Source: Antedon mediterranea
Taxonomy: Eukaryota > Animalia > Echinodermata
Length of the DNA stretch: 64,000 bases
Direction: 5' to 3'
Assembly: GCF_964355755.1 (NCBI RefSeq)
Contig: NC_092679.1
Coordinates: forward strand, 16,227,432-16,291,431
Below are positions 13,031-26,900 of the stretch, one piece after another. The notes below the pieces were generated by a model. That model saw nothing but the letters and a program-made list of their open reading frames with translations. It ran no database searches and was not told where the DNA came from. The position numbers and the translations under genes are program-made. Each line of letters begins with the position of its first letter. Within the stretch, counting starts at the first letter, position 1.

Positions 13031-13689
13031 TTCCTTCTTTCTTTCACATCATTTAGCTCTGTCAAGACTTCACCATATTTACTCTTCAATGCCTACATTT
13101 GAATGTTTGAACGTCTTTTCTTGATTGTTGAATACCTCCTTGGTTTTAGCAGCTTGATGGTTTTGGTGCTGGTCCTGAAAAAGGGGAAACCATCAAATCT
13201 TCCAATTGGGTTTGGAGTTAAGTTGTAGCGTCATTTTGCTCTACGTGTTGTAGGCCCACCAAGGGAAAAAGTGGCGGGTTAATAGAGGCAGGGGCTTTAA
13301 CCCTGGTGCTGCTTTGGCTTTCCATCATGGAACAGTTCAAAATTAGCTAGGCGGATTAGTCAGGTTAAATCTGTCCGTCACCAGTTGAACAAGTCAGCTG
13401 ACTCACAACTCCTATCGCGTGAAGGTAGACAAGGACGTTTACCCATATCCTCACAAGTTGTTCCTTTCCTCACATTGCATTATGATATAGTAACCAATTA
13501 TGTCGAAAAATAGAACGATCAAAATTTGGCAATTTAAAAAAAAATCCCTCTACTATTAGTACAGGGAAATTTTATCCTTTTATTTGTTAAAATACCTGGT
13601 TACTATCATAATTGACATGCGCAGCTAATCGTTGACTAAAAGAGTAGCCTCATTTGCTTAATTAATTAACTGTAATGTTCTTATCGCTC

Positions 13690-15090
13690 TATATTTTCTA
13701 TAGCCTTGAAAACGCTGATGTTGCTTGCACTTTCTTGCTTGATCCGTCATCTGTCATAATGGCTCTTTAAACTGGTGACTACTTGTAGGTTGTGACCTTT
13801 CACTTTGATGCTATTGGTAAAACCATCAGTGCTGTTGGCCATGAGTTTTTTTTTTTTTTCCGCATTGATCTCCATGCCATACGATGTTGGTTCCAGAGTT
13901 TTTACTAGTTTTTCTAATTCTTCTTCGGTTCCTTTCAGTTCTTCGGTTCCTTTCAGTCCTTCGATGTCATCGGCAAAACGTAAGTTTGTAATTGTTCTAC
14001 CACCAATACTGAATGTTCCTTCATGATTTTCAAGTGGAGGAAGTAAGCATCCTTACCAAAGCAATCTCCAGTGCTTCCATTGTACTTGTGGCTTTTTTAT
14101 ACAATGTCTTAATAATGGTGATGAGGTTGGCATTTATGTTTTATTTGTGCATGGTGGCCCATAATGCTGTGTGCCACACTCAGTCAAACGCTTTCTTAAA
14201 AAAGTCTCTGAATACATGGTACAGACCTTATTAAAGTTGTTTGAATTCCTCCATGAGTATTTTCAGATTGAAGATTTGTTCCATTTGCTTCGCCCTTTTT
14301 TAAAGTCTGCCTGTTCCTATGCAATGATTTATTCTGCTTCTGGTTTCAGCCTGTTCGCAATGATTTTAACATCACCTTGCTGGGGTGATTTTTCAGGCTT
14401 ATTTTCTTTTAATTTTTACACACTTGCAGATTTCCTTTCTTTGGCAGTGTAATGACTAATGACTAAGTCCACAGTTTAGGGCAATCTCCAGTTTACCAGA
14501 TCTTGCTGCAGATGATGTACAGTGCATCGGTCATAGCTTCTCCTCCCGTCTGGATTAGTTCAGCTGGAATATTGTCCTCACCTGCTGATTTTCCAATTTT
14601 GAGCGATTTTATTGCTATTTCATGTCTTAGTATTTGAAGGTTGTCATCGTCAGTTGTATGAGGTCCTGCTAACATTGCAGGGTCACCCTGTATGTTGTAG
14701 TTGTACAGGTCACTACAATATTCTGCCCAGCGTTTCAGAATGTTCTGTGTTCAGTGAGACTTTTCCCAGCTTTGTCCTGAATGGTACTCTTCTTTGTTTA
14801 TTATTTGTGAGGTTGCTTATGATCTAATATGCTTCAATCCAGTTTGCCTTTGCTTATTTCATGGCTTTTCTAATTTTTTTCAGCTTCTCTGTATTGGAGT
14901 GCTCCTTGAGAAATCATGTTTCTTGTTTTTGATAGCTCTTTCATAACGCATATCAAGGATGTCATCAGTGATCCATTTCTTCTTCTTTGTTTATTTTTCT
15001 TTGTCATTCAAACTTTCCTCCTGAACATGGTTAGAGGTGCAAACGTCCCACCTATCAGTGCTTCGAAGGCTTTGTGGATGTTTAATCTCT
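13690..15090 (-). mobile_element. Decayed RTE-clade LINE (reverse transcriptase region)
   Basis: Minus-strand peptides KSLKIGKSAGEDNIPAELIQTGGEAMTDALYIICSKIW (14493-14675) and the catalytic TNLRFADDIEGL (~13955-13990). Many frameshifts and stops. Confidence 0.85.
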
Positions 15091-16262
15091 TAACAAATCA
15101 AACATGAGCCTTATTCTTTGACGTTTAAATCCTTCCTGAGATGCACATGGAAGGTCATAATCATAATTTCGACCTTTTAATTTTTTGAAATAAAGTTGTT
15201 CTATGACACCATACTGTAAGATGATAGTATAGTGATATATGTCCACATATAGCAATAACACTGCATAATTATTGCATTTTAATATGTTCATATTTTGGGT
15301 GATTTTGCAGGATTTCTTCGAAAAAAGGCAATATTTGTTCCTGATTTGATATAAATTGGTTCTATGACACCATAGAATGATAATATGGTGATATAAACGT
15401 GCACATATTGTAATAATATTGCATAATTGAATTTTAAAAGGTACTACATATTGAATACTGGCAATCATTTATTGATAAATTATTGTTTCCCAATTTATTT
15501 GACCATTCTAGTTCGCTAGATCAGGAGTTACTCACACAATGGTCGCAACCATAGATGATTGGCCTAAGACAATCAGGACCAGGTTTTAGGGCCTCGAACA
15601 TTTACGCCAATTTTGCTGCATTGAAGAGAATATTTAGCTAACTTATTTGAGGTTAGAATTATTTATTAGTTTTTAAACATAATTGTGCAAGATTTTGATT
15701 TTATAATAAATGATATAAAATGTGTATTTTTAGACATGGGTAGTAAACAATATACAAACAAACATGTCTGAATAAAAAAAGAATATTTATTTATTGAATG
15801 AGAAAAATATAGATGCTTTTAATTCAACAAAATCATTTAAAAATGATTTCAAATAAACTTACTTTAAAATATAAATTATTGAAACATTAACTATATTACA
15901 TTCTATTAATATTATAAATTTTATAGAATTAATTTAAATGTAAAATATATTTCAAATCATATATTATCAGTATTACCCCTTCTCTGGGACACTATTACTG
16001 TAAGTGGGCACTTTCCCAAGGGAACCTATATGTTTTAGTACTACAGTCAACTTCTATTCAGGGGACACTGACACTTTCCTATGAAACGCACAAGGGGAAA
16101 TATAGGTTTTAGCAGTCAACTCCTATTCAAGGACACCCTTATTAGGGGATCTACTGTATATATGATACCTCATGAAGGAATTCGTTTATAATTCAAACTA
16201 TTACATTTAAAAAAAATATATTAAACTCCTCTTCTTTATTTTTGATTTTACTGCAAACTTGT

Positions 16263-16371
16263 TTATATTTGCTTTGCTTCTGTGACTGTTGTGAACTTGA
16301 AGTTGTGTTCCATTAAACGCTTTATTAAACTTGTTTTAGCAAACGCTGCTCCTGGAGTGAACACACCCCCA
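16263..16371 (-). CDS. SCCPDH: SCCPDH exon 11 (last): SGGVFTPGAAFAKTSLIKRLMEHNFKFTTVTEAKQI*
   Basis: Acceptor tgactgcag, phase 2, TAA stop at 16265-16263. Confidence 0.93.
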
Positions 16372-19300
16372 CTGCAGTCAAACAAAAATAAATTTATTAT
16401 TAGATATATTTCTCAGCAGTTTATTCTCGCTATTTTCGCTGATGATATATTTTTGATAAAATGACACACGATAGGAGCATTCTGTTTATATAAAATATTA
16501 TTCATAAGTATATTATTATTATTGTATTATTTTCACTTACCAGTCATATTGTCAGAACAGAGTGTTGTAGAAATTTAAATTTTAGAAATTGTTTTGTCAT
16601 TTCATGAGTCTGTAGTTTTATCTTTATTATTTTTATAATGAAGCCTTCACAGTTTATCTTTTTTGTTTGATATGAATTATGATATTCAAAATAAAGAAAA
16701 AATAAAAGGTTTCAATAATTTGTTTACCTTCCAGGTATTTTGTCAGCCTCACTCAGCAGGACAAAGGCACTTTGAAGCATTGCTATGGGTGTAGCTACGT
16801 ACCCAGGTTCTACAAAATAATAAGTGTATTTAATCAATAGCAATAAGAACATACAACACAAATGATCAAATATGGTAGCGATATGCCCAAATATGGTAGC
16901 AAAATGCCCAAATATGGGAGTGATATGCCCAAATATGGGAGTGATATGACATCATCATGTCCATATATAGGCACATCACATGTTTTTGTCACATAAAGTT
17001 GGATAGTGTAGACAGAGCTTAACACTTTATTGCAATCCTCGGGACCAACAACCAAGGTAACCTCTACTTTATAAAAATATTTTTATTTGTCCCCAAATCA
17101 AAAATAAAATTGGCACATTAGATAATATTACAAATATAGTACAAAATCGCCCTTCGGGAAAAGATATTTTTTCAGTGAAATGAATGATAAATATATGTTT
17201 TAACACTATAGTCAACACCTATTCAGAGGATACTTTATTATTAGGGACATCTTATATTAAGGGGACAATTTTATTAAATGAATAAGGGGCAATATATAAT
17301 TTAACACTACAGACAACTTCAGGGGACACTTCTATTAAGGGGACATTTTGTTGGATCACAAATATTACAATGACCATAAAAAAAAATATACACAAACAAA
17401 AAAACATTAAAAATTTCTAAATGTGATTGCACATTATTATATCAGACCTACTGTACCAAACTATAATATTATATCATTTTCATCCTGCTATAAAGTTTAC
17501 TCATGAAATTTCTGACAAGTGTGTGCCTTTCCTTCATATTAGTTTATCTATTGATAAACCTGGTCTTTCTACATCTGTTCACATAAACGTCGAAGTCTAA
17601 CAAGTTACGAATACGGTATAGCATTCTTACAAGCTGGAGGATGCGAAGAGTTGTAATTTAGATAAATATTAAATATATGTATTGCATTTGGCACAAGTGA
17701 TAATATTGGAATCTTGTTTCTTTAATATTAAATGCTTGCAACGAACCTTTAAAGGCATACGGCTAACAAATGAATTATCGTAGCCCCATCTATAGAAGTT
17801 GGAGAAGAAATATTTACTGGTCAGCCGCGAACAATATAATTCAACGACCTCATCCAATTCAACGGAACATTATTTGCCAACCAATGTGGAAATTTGGCCA
17901 ATGTGGACATTCGGCCGATGTGGATATTTGAATAGTATTAAAGATTTTTTTTTCCATGAATCTTAGCAAAATAATGCAGTAAATTATTACAGCTTAAGGG
18001 AATCTAGGGATTATAAATAATCCAGGGATTACTACAACTTGCTCGCAAGATATACCAATGTACTTAGTTGTCATGGTGATGCATCTTCACAGTGATAGGC
18101 TGGCAGAATACCATGTTTTTTAAATGTCTATATAAATATTCATTCAATTCCGAATGCCTATTCTACATCAGTTGTATTGCAGAAAAAGCTTAATGAATGT
18201 ATTATTAATATTCTAAGAGGTTTATCTAATAAGGTATTATATCATTAGATTAATGTGATTTTTTAATAGGAAGAAGGGAGGTCATGATTTAATATTTTGA
18301 TATAATCATCATTAGAATAATTCTTCTTCTGTAAGAACTAGTTATTAGTTTTAATTATTACTAGTTTACAATTATAATAAAATAATAATTTCTTTTTTTT
18401 TCTTTATTATAAATGTTTCAAGACCCCAGTAGCCTAATGGTTTTGTCCTTTTTGTTTTCTTCGGTAACTTGATTGTTTTTGTTATACTGTGTATATTTTG
18501 TCTTTGTTAAATTGTTATGAATAGTTATGTCAACTTCATCATTGTTTACGTGATGCATTAAAAGGAAATGAAATGAAAAAAAAAATTAATTATATTTTTA
18601 GGAGGTTTTAATTATAACTTCTATTTTAGTTAAGACATTACAAATGTCTTGGTATAGTGATTTCAACAATCATTTTTAAAATATTCTTTATTATTTTATT
18701 TTTATTTCAACAATATTTTACTAGGGTGGTCTATCCAGCCAAAGATGATCATTAGGGACCCTAATACATTAACATAAAATAATTAAAAACTAAATTAAAA
18801 TAAATAGAATTAAAAAATTTTTAATGGAAATGAAAACAATAAATTAATTTTGTCATCTCAGAGAGAAAAGACAAAAGACAGGAAGCAATTAACCAAGTAA
18901 GATATATTTCTTGAGCAAAAATTGCTCATGATGCTGTGGATTAATAGATGTTACACTTTTCAACTACATGCTTCTCTCTCCTAACAGTCACATCATGTCA
19001 GTGCGCTCTTATCTGTCTACAACATCCCAAGATAAATTTTATGTTTAAGAATGTGATCATCAATTGAGCTAGTAATAAACCAAATTAAAATTGTTTTAAA
19101 TACTAATAGATTGATAACAAATCAAATTGTGTGGGATATTAACAAAATTCAATTTGTATATATCCTTACGTCCGTTTAAAATGGTAAATTTGTATTCAAA
19201 ACGATCAGATTGATGTAAATCGATAGTGTTGGTACTGTACAAGACAGTTCAAAATGAGTTTAGCTACTTAAAAAAAATCATATATCATCTCTATAGCAAT

Positions 19301-22300
19301 CAGCAATATTGAGTTTTCAATCATTTTGATTCGATCATAAATCATAATCATCGTTGAAACTTGATTCTACTATACTTTTAAATTTAATCAGAAGTCATAA
19401 AAATCATTTTACATAATAGTTGTCGTAAAAATGTTTTTAAAAAGTATAAACGTTGAAGTAATCCAGAAGAAACAAACGGTTTGGCTATGACAATTATTAA
19501 ATTCCTTCAATCAAATTTGATTGGACAAAAAAGAGATCAACAACATCAGTTTTCCTCTGCGAATAGTGCATCAGAATGATTACAATGTTTCAAGTATTCA
19601 AGTGGTTTAAGTTTTATCTTTCAATATCAGGCTTAGTAGCTTCTTCACTCAATGTATTAATAACAAGATTGTGATTAGGAAACTTTTGACGGTGATACTC
19701 AATGGCAGGATTAAAGAATGAATACAAGAAACGTACCTAATTATTATTATTATTATTATTTTATTTATATAGCGCTTTTCCAAATTAGTATAAAATGATC
19801 AAAGCGCTTTACATCAGCACACCCAACAATGAGTCACTTCTTAGGAAATAGATGTGTTTTGAGGGCTTTTTTAAATTTTAAAACCGTGGTTTGTTCCCGG
19901 ATCACAGACGGGAGTTCGTTCCACATCACCGGTCCAAATTTTGAGAAAGTATTATTTCCAGAGGTCCGCTTTTCGAGACAGTGATCCAATCTAGTGTGAT
20001 CTATCTATCTATAATGCTGTATTATTTATATAAATCCAAAGGCAAATTACTGAAAAAATTACAATGCTAAGGGTATCAATGGAGATAAAATAAGCTAAAA
20101 GCTAGTGGTTGCCCGAAAGTTTTGCTATTTTTTCTGACTGTTTTACTGATTTGTTTAATCTTTTATGGGTCTCTCCCATCTTCATTCATTAATGTATGCA
20201 TATATTTTGATTTACAATAATTCATTGTTATATAATATAATAATTTAGGCAGCACACAAATTACTTTTCCATAGTACTGTATACAAATATTGCACATACA
20301 TTAAAATAATATTACACCTATGCATAGTGTTTCAAATAACATACATTTTTATTTATACAGTTGTCCAGGTAACTAATAAGTTTTGTTTATTTGTTGTTTT
20401 TTTTTTAACAAGCACTGTTGTATTTTATTTTATCTTTAAATGTTTCTTTTGTTTTATGTAAGAAAAATGTACGTTTATCTTGTTATCGGCGGTTGTTATC
20501 ATCCTAGTGTTTAGCAGTGTTTAATAGGGGTGTCATTTGAATAGGGGTTGGCTGTTATAGTGTTAAAACATATAATGGCAACTTTTTGTTTATTTTTAAA
20601 AGTGGCATCCACTGAATAGGAAGTTCCAAAAGAGGGTTTTTACTGTACCTCAAAATCATACTGAATGACATTTCATTTTCCAAAATGTTCAAATTAATAT
20701 TAATTCAGTAGATTAGGCTTACCTGGTCCAGACACTTTGGTGACCATTTTAAGGTCATGTTTTCCCTTCTCTTCCACCTGCTTGCTGCTGAACCCTTCCG
20801 TGTAAAACGTAAAGGTGAATGAACTTTTGGCCATTTGTTGTCGTGAAGGACCATCATGGCTAAACGCACCAAAACTAAACACTCTTGGATACTGAGATAA
20901 ATTTATAAAAATGAATTAAAAATTTAATTAATCAATAAAATGGAACACAGAATTAAAAGCAAGTTTGTTTGTTTAATGTATACAACATCAGTCCTTCACT
21001 TGCAAACACCTTAGATTGTTCATATTAATCAACTCATGACAGCATTTTTTTAATTTCAATTGAAAATAAAAATGTTATCTAGTATAGACCATGTTTACTA
21101 TTAACTGGATATTTAATTGTTTGTTTTATGCAAATTTACAGTTTAACTTGTTTGTTTTAGCTACATTTTAAAATAGAAAACTAATTACATTACAAAATGA
21201 TTCAATTGGCGCCATTTGATTTCTTGGGTACTGTGGAGCTGTCTTCATATTAAGCGCTTTATAAAATGTTTTTATTGTTTGTTTGACTAAGAAATTAAAT
21301 TATTGAGATTCTATAAGGACATGAATTACCTTTTCAAGTAAATTTCTTCCAAATTTGTATCTAGCTAAAATTGAGAATATTAATCCACCAAATATAAGCA
21401 TGAACAATGAAAATAAGCTGGTAACTGTTACGTACGCACCATACTGAATCTGAAAGTACACAAATAAATATAGTAAATTTAAAAAAATATTAGGCACAAT
21501 ATTGTAGTGGAGATGTAGCTTGGTGGTTAACGTGCTTGCCTTCCAATCCCAGGATTCAATCCTGACCTAGTGCCAGGGTTGTAACTCTTTCTACTCCACT
21601 CCCTAAGCTTCCCAGGATTCAATCCTGACCTAGTGGCAGGGTTGTAACTCTTTCAACTCTACTCCCTAAGCTTCCCAGGATTCAATCCTGACCTAGTGCC
21701 AGGGTTGTAACTCTTTCAACTCCACTCCCTAAGCTTCCCAGGATTCAATCCTGACCTAGTGCCAGGGTTGTAACTCTTTCTACTCCACTCCCTAAGCTTC
21801 CCAGGATTCAATCCTGACCTAGTGGCAGGGTTGTAACTCTTTCAACTCTACTCCCTAAGCTTCCCAGGATTCAATCCTGACCTAGTGGCAGGGTTGTAAC
21901 TCTTTCAACTCTACTCCCTAAGCTTCCCAGGATTCAATCCTGACCTAGTGGCAGGGTTGTAACTCTTTCAACTCTACTCCCTAAGCTTCAAATGAGACTT
22001 AATAGTTTATAAGCACAAGAAATTATAAAATAGTTTGTGGTCGCTGTTGGATGCGTATGAAAAAAATTATATATACTGACAGTAAGTATATATATTCTTT
22101 TATATTGTACTGTATATATTGTGAAAATGCAATTTGTTTTTATAGCAACTATGAATAGTGGGTGAGTGGTGGCCGATCGGTTAAGACAGTGGAACCGTAA
22201 TTATGAAGCCATAACATCTGTAGGGGTTCGAGGCTTACTCACTCCATGGTTCTGGTGGTAGAACGGGTCTTCTCGGATAAGGACTATAAACCGTAGGTCC

Positions 22301-23933
22301 AGTTACTGTAAACATCGAGCTCGTGTGCACTTTAAAGAACCTGGTACATCTTTCGAGACGAGTAGGGGGTTACCCCGGTGTATTAGTACATCACAGCCAC
22401 TGATCACCAACTGGGCCCTCTGGGAGACCAGTCTTTGACTGAAGAGGTTACCCAGTATAAAAATATATATTTCAATCAATCAACAATGGTCATTGCCTAT
22501 ACTGTACAAATGAAATGATTTATTGATTTAAAAATGTAATCAAAACTTGATATAACCGTTTAAAAATGTTTTCTTTTTACCCTGATGTAATAAATCAAAA
22601 CATATTCTTTTTATGATGCTGTTACTGATATTAACAAATTAATCTTTGTTGACAGACTGCTTTATTATATCTCATCATTTAATATATTACGTTTACAGGA
22701 ACGATTAAATAGACACTGTGATTTATGTACTCAACTAAAATTAGCCCACTGGGAATTACTTCCGAAAGAGAAAGTTGTCACAAAATGAGACCAATTGTTT
22801 AAGTCAAATTTAAACAAACTTAATTTGTGTTTTGTATGTAACATTATGGTTGAGAGATGGGGAAGAGGATGGGTGCAAAGAGGAACAATTTTTAAATATA
22901 TTCTTTATTTTGTAACGAAATATTAATTAACATGTTTTACAAATAATATACCACTAAACACAGTAAAACATTGCGATGTAATACTTTGTTGAAACTATCA
23001 CCGTCGTAGTCGATTGAAATAGTACAGTACATGTAACGATACACTACGACGTATGTTTATATATAATGTTAAACAATTTGTGAAAACCACCTCTATTCAG
23101 GGCAAATCATAAATTCGATTTAATCGGTAATAAATATTAAATTACGGCGACTGAAAACGCTAGCTCATTATCCGTTTAAAAAAAAATTATATCCAACCTC
23201 TGCAGCACAGATTGAAAAAAAAAAATGGATCAAATTTCTGTTATGAGTATACAGTACTTTCCTTTACGACGCCTGAGGGAATAGACACTTGTGGAACGAC
23301 ACAGAGATTGGAATGTTCCATTCATCGCAAATCAATACATTTGTATAAACGTATATTAAATCTATCAAAATAGTATTTTTTAAAGAAAATCGGCCTGTCT
23401 TCAACATCATGATACTGTACTCGAGTTGTTCAACCGGTTTTCAGCTATTAAAAAACAATTATCGTAGGAGGAGATAGGAAAATGCGAAGCCTCCTCGCAT
23501 TTTTGTGGCGGGTATTTTTCAAGATGGACATCCATTAGACAGTGTATACCACGATCGGAAAACACCCCTATCTGGGGCAAATCGTTGAACCTAAATTCGT
23601 TTTAATCGTCAATAACTAATTATCTAACTTAATTTAATTAGTAAACAGGGTTACATCAGGGGGTTAAAATCAGTACCGAAAGTACGAACCAACTTTACAT
23701 ACCATCGAGTAAAAATTCTAAAAGTAAGGCGCGATTTACCGAATTTTGCCCTTACGTAAATTTATATATAGATTATAGAAACAGTGCTCATATTCGGAAC
23801 ATGATCTCATAAACGTGTCGAGACATTTTTTCATACAACTAAAAAATACGGAACTTTCGCCAATGAGCTATGCTCGACGCGATTATGAGATCATGTTCCA
23901 AATATGAGCACTGTTTCTATAATTTACAGTATG

Positions 23934-23969
<36 letters not shown>

Positions 23970-26900
23970 AATCTGCAGACAGTACTGTTTCAATCTTATT
24001 AGATCTCGTCAGTGCAGCTATATATATATATAGCTGCAAATTCCTTCACTTGCACTGATGAAGGGCTAGTGTTGCCCGAAAGCTCTGCTAACTTTTCTGG
24101 CTGTTTACTTTATCGTTTTGATTTAGCTTTTCGCTTTTTATTTTTGTATCTCTATTGAGATCCAGCCACTGATACCCACAGCATTGTCATTTTTTTCAGT
24201 AATTTGCCTTTGGATTTATATATATATACTGTATATATTTAATATACAATACATAACAGAAAATAAGGTCAAAAAATAAGTAAGGCAAGGCTATCTTATT
24301 GTTATAAATATGATAACAGGCAAGTGAGGCTTATCGCACTGAATAAAATACAGTACAGGACAAAAAAAAATCACGATTTTTTTCATGCTAGATAATAAGC
24401 AAAGTTATTGCAACTAAAACGAAGGCAATGAAATGTGTTATTCTTAAAGTTTAAGTGAACATAAAAACACATAATTCGATACTACTGACACGCTTAAAAA
24501 CGGTACTATTTTAAGACATTACCATGGCAACGTAATGAGCTAACTATAATGCAAAAAGATTAAGATTAGAGGCTTAGCAAGTGATGCCAGGTTGGATTTG
24601 TAATCTTTTGCTTGCCTATATGATTACACTAATGGCATAGACTTAAACAGATGAGAAATTGTGTGAAATATGGCCAATTATTCATTATGAAATTTTGCGG
24701 TTTAGTTACATGACGCATTTATCATAGAAATCAATGATTGTATACAAGGTATATAAACACGTGTCGCCGCGACACTGTTTATCAATCATGGATACGTTTA
24801 CGTTAGAGGAAGCTGGCAAATAAATCCGGCAAATTAAAATAACAAATACGCACAGAAATTAATTCATAAATCATATGATATGCCATCACGTCGATATTAA
24901 AATAGCATAATGGCTTATATTGCCAATAATTTATTGTAGCTGAGGCATATTAAAAATGAATTTCATAAGATTGACTAGATTGTGACAAAATATGCAAATG
25001 TTTTTTGTCTTGGAAGCTATGATTGCCAATTTGCGACCATCAAAATCAACAAAATTTGGAATCTTTGTCTCTGAACAACCGCAACTAACTAGCTAAAAAC
25101 AATACTATAATATAAAAAATAGTAATAGTAAAATAGATATATTTAACTTACAGGTCGCATTGATTCCTTCTCATGCATAAAACGTTGGGTTCTTCTAACA
25201 ACAGAGACATCAGATCCGGGAAATGGAATAGCCCACTTTGAAGACTTGTCATGGTAGAACACAGAACTCCTAAAAGAAATAAATAATATTAAACCCACAA
25301 CAATAATGGTATAGTCCATTAAAGGACAGTACACCAGAGAATACCAAAAAGATATAAAAAATGCAAAAATATCACAGAATAAAAGGCATCACTACTGAGA
25401 ATCTGTCTACACTGTCAAATTAGTTTGACAAAACAAATGTGATGTTCCTAAATATGGTAGTGATATGCCCAAATATGGTAGTGATATGATATATATATGT
25501 ATATATGGGCAGATCACATTTTTTTGTCACATAAAGTTTGATGTGTAGACAGAGCTTTAAAGAATTATCATAGAAGGCAGAGAAAAAGAGTTGGACTTAA
25601 ATAAACATGTCTGTATGATAGTGTTACTAATAATTAAATAAAATACTATTTAAAATTACTATTATATAGAGACTTTTAAATGTAGATTGTTCAAGATATT
25701 TTGTTAAGGTTTTATTAATAATTTGTTTGTTTTATAATTTTTAAATTCTAAAAATAAAATGTTATATTAAAATTAATTCCAAAAGATTAAAATATTAAAA
25801 TGATGACAAATTTATAAAACTGTATTATTAAATAAAGTTATTATCAAGTTCAATGACTTCAATAAAACATTTTTTTTTATTTATAACAATCATTAATTTA
25901 TTACCTTCAAGTCCCAGGACGAATATATAAGTATTATTGCTATGTTTCATGGCATTTTAAATCCGTTGAGTACCTTACCTTTTGGTCAACCTTGGTTGGT
26001 AGCGAGGCATCGGTTTATGCTGGAACTGTTTACGTAAGCCGATCAGTTCCTTAGAGTTAGCAAATCCGTGGATTGCTGACTGCCATGTTCCGTAATGACC
26101 AACTGTTCCCTGCAAAATAAATGCATTCAGAAATCACTCAGTAGTATGTACACAATGATACTGTGTATTAATATTACTATGCATAACAGAATTGAATATA
26201 ACTTGGTTTAAACAGTTGAAAATAAAAAATTAACCCTTTTTTTAATGGATTTAAATCCTTATCTAATTTCATGTGCCATTTTTGGCAAAAATAAAAGTTA
26301 TGTTATGAGTATCGTTATAGAATAGAACCCCTTATAGCCACCTATTCAGGGGACAGTTTCATAGGAAAGGTACAAAGGGAGATACACTAAAGGCCAATCC
26401 CTATTGAAGGAAAATTTCTATTATAGGGACACTTATGCTGTAGGAGTTCTGTAGTGGCATTCTTCAACAGGAATTATGGTAAAAAGCACCAGGAACACTT
26501 TTTAAAGGAATCCTACAACCAACCAACTTAATTAACGATTTAAAAAAAAAAACACTCACAGATCCACTACTACTCGCAGTAAGGAAACTCTCAATCGTGT
26601 TCACAATTCCTGAAATTAAAAATAAATTAAATTAACAAAGATAATATACATTTTATTTCTTTTTCTCCATTTTAAGGATCTATTGTCCCCCCAAAAAACA
26701 TGAAAAATAAAGATTACTAAAATCAGACTTTAAATAGGCCATTTTGCAGTTTTAATAAAGTTATTCACTTCTGTAAAAAAAAAATGATTTCACTTTATAA
26801 AAAGACAAAAGAAACCTTTAAGTTTAAAACAGACAGACAGACAAAAGTATTTATTGCTTTAAATTACATTTTTTTCAGGTTAATTTTTTTTTCCGATCCA

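Noticed and set aside
14935-14968. Minus-strand CTGATGA...GAAA hammerhead-like string
   Set aside because: It lies within the RTE LINE remnant, and stems II and III and the UH site do not form properly.
21548-21988. 63-bp array as CRISPR
   Set aside because: No unique spacers, no cas genes, and it lies in a eukaryotic intron. It is a head-to-tail duplication within a SINE.
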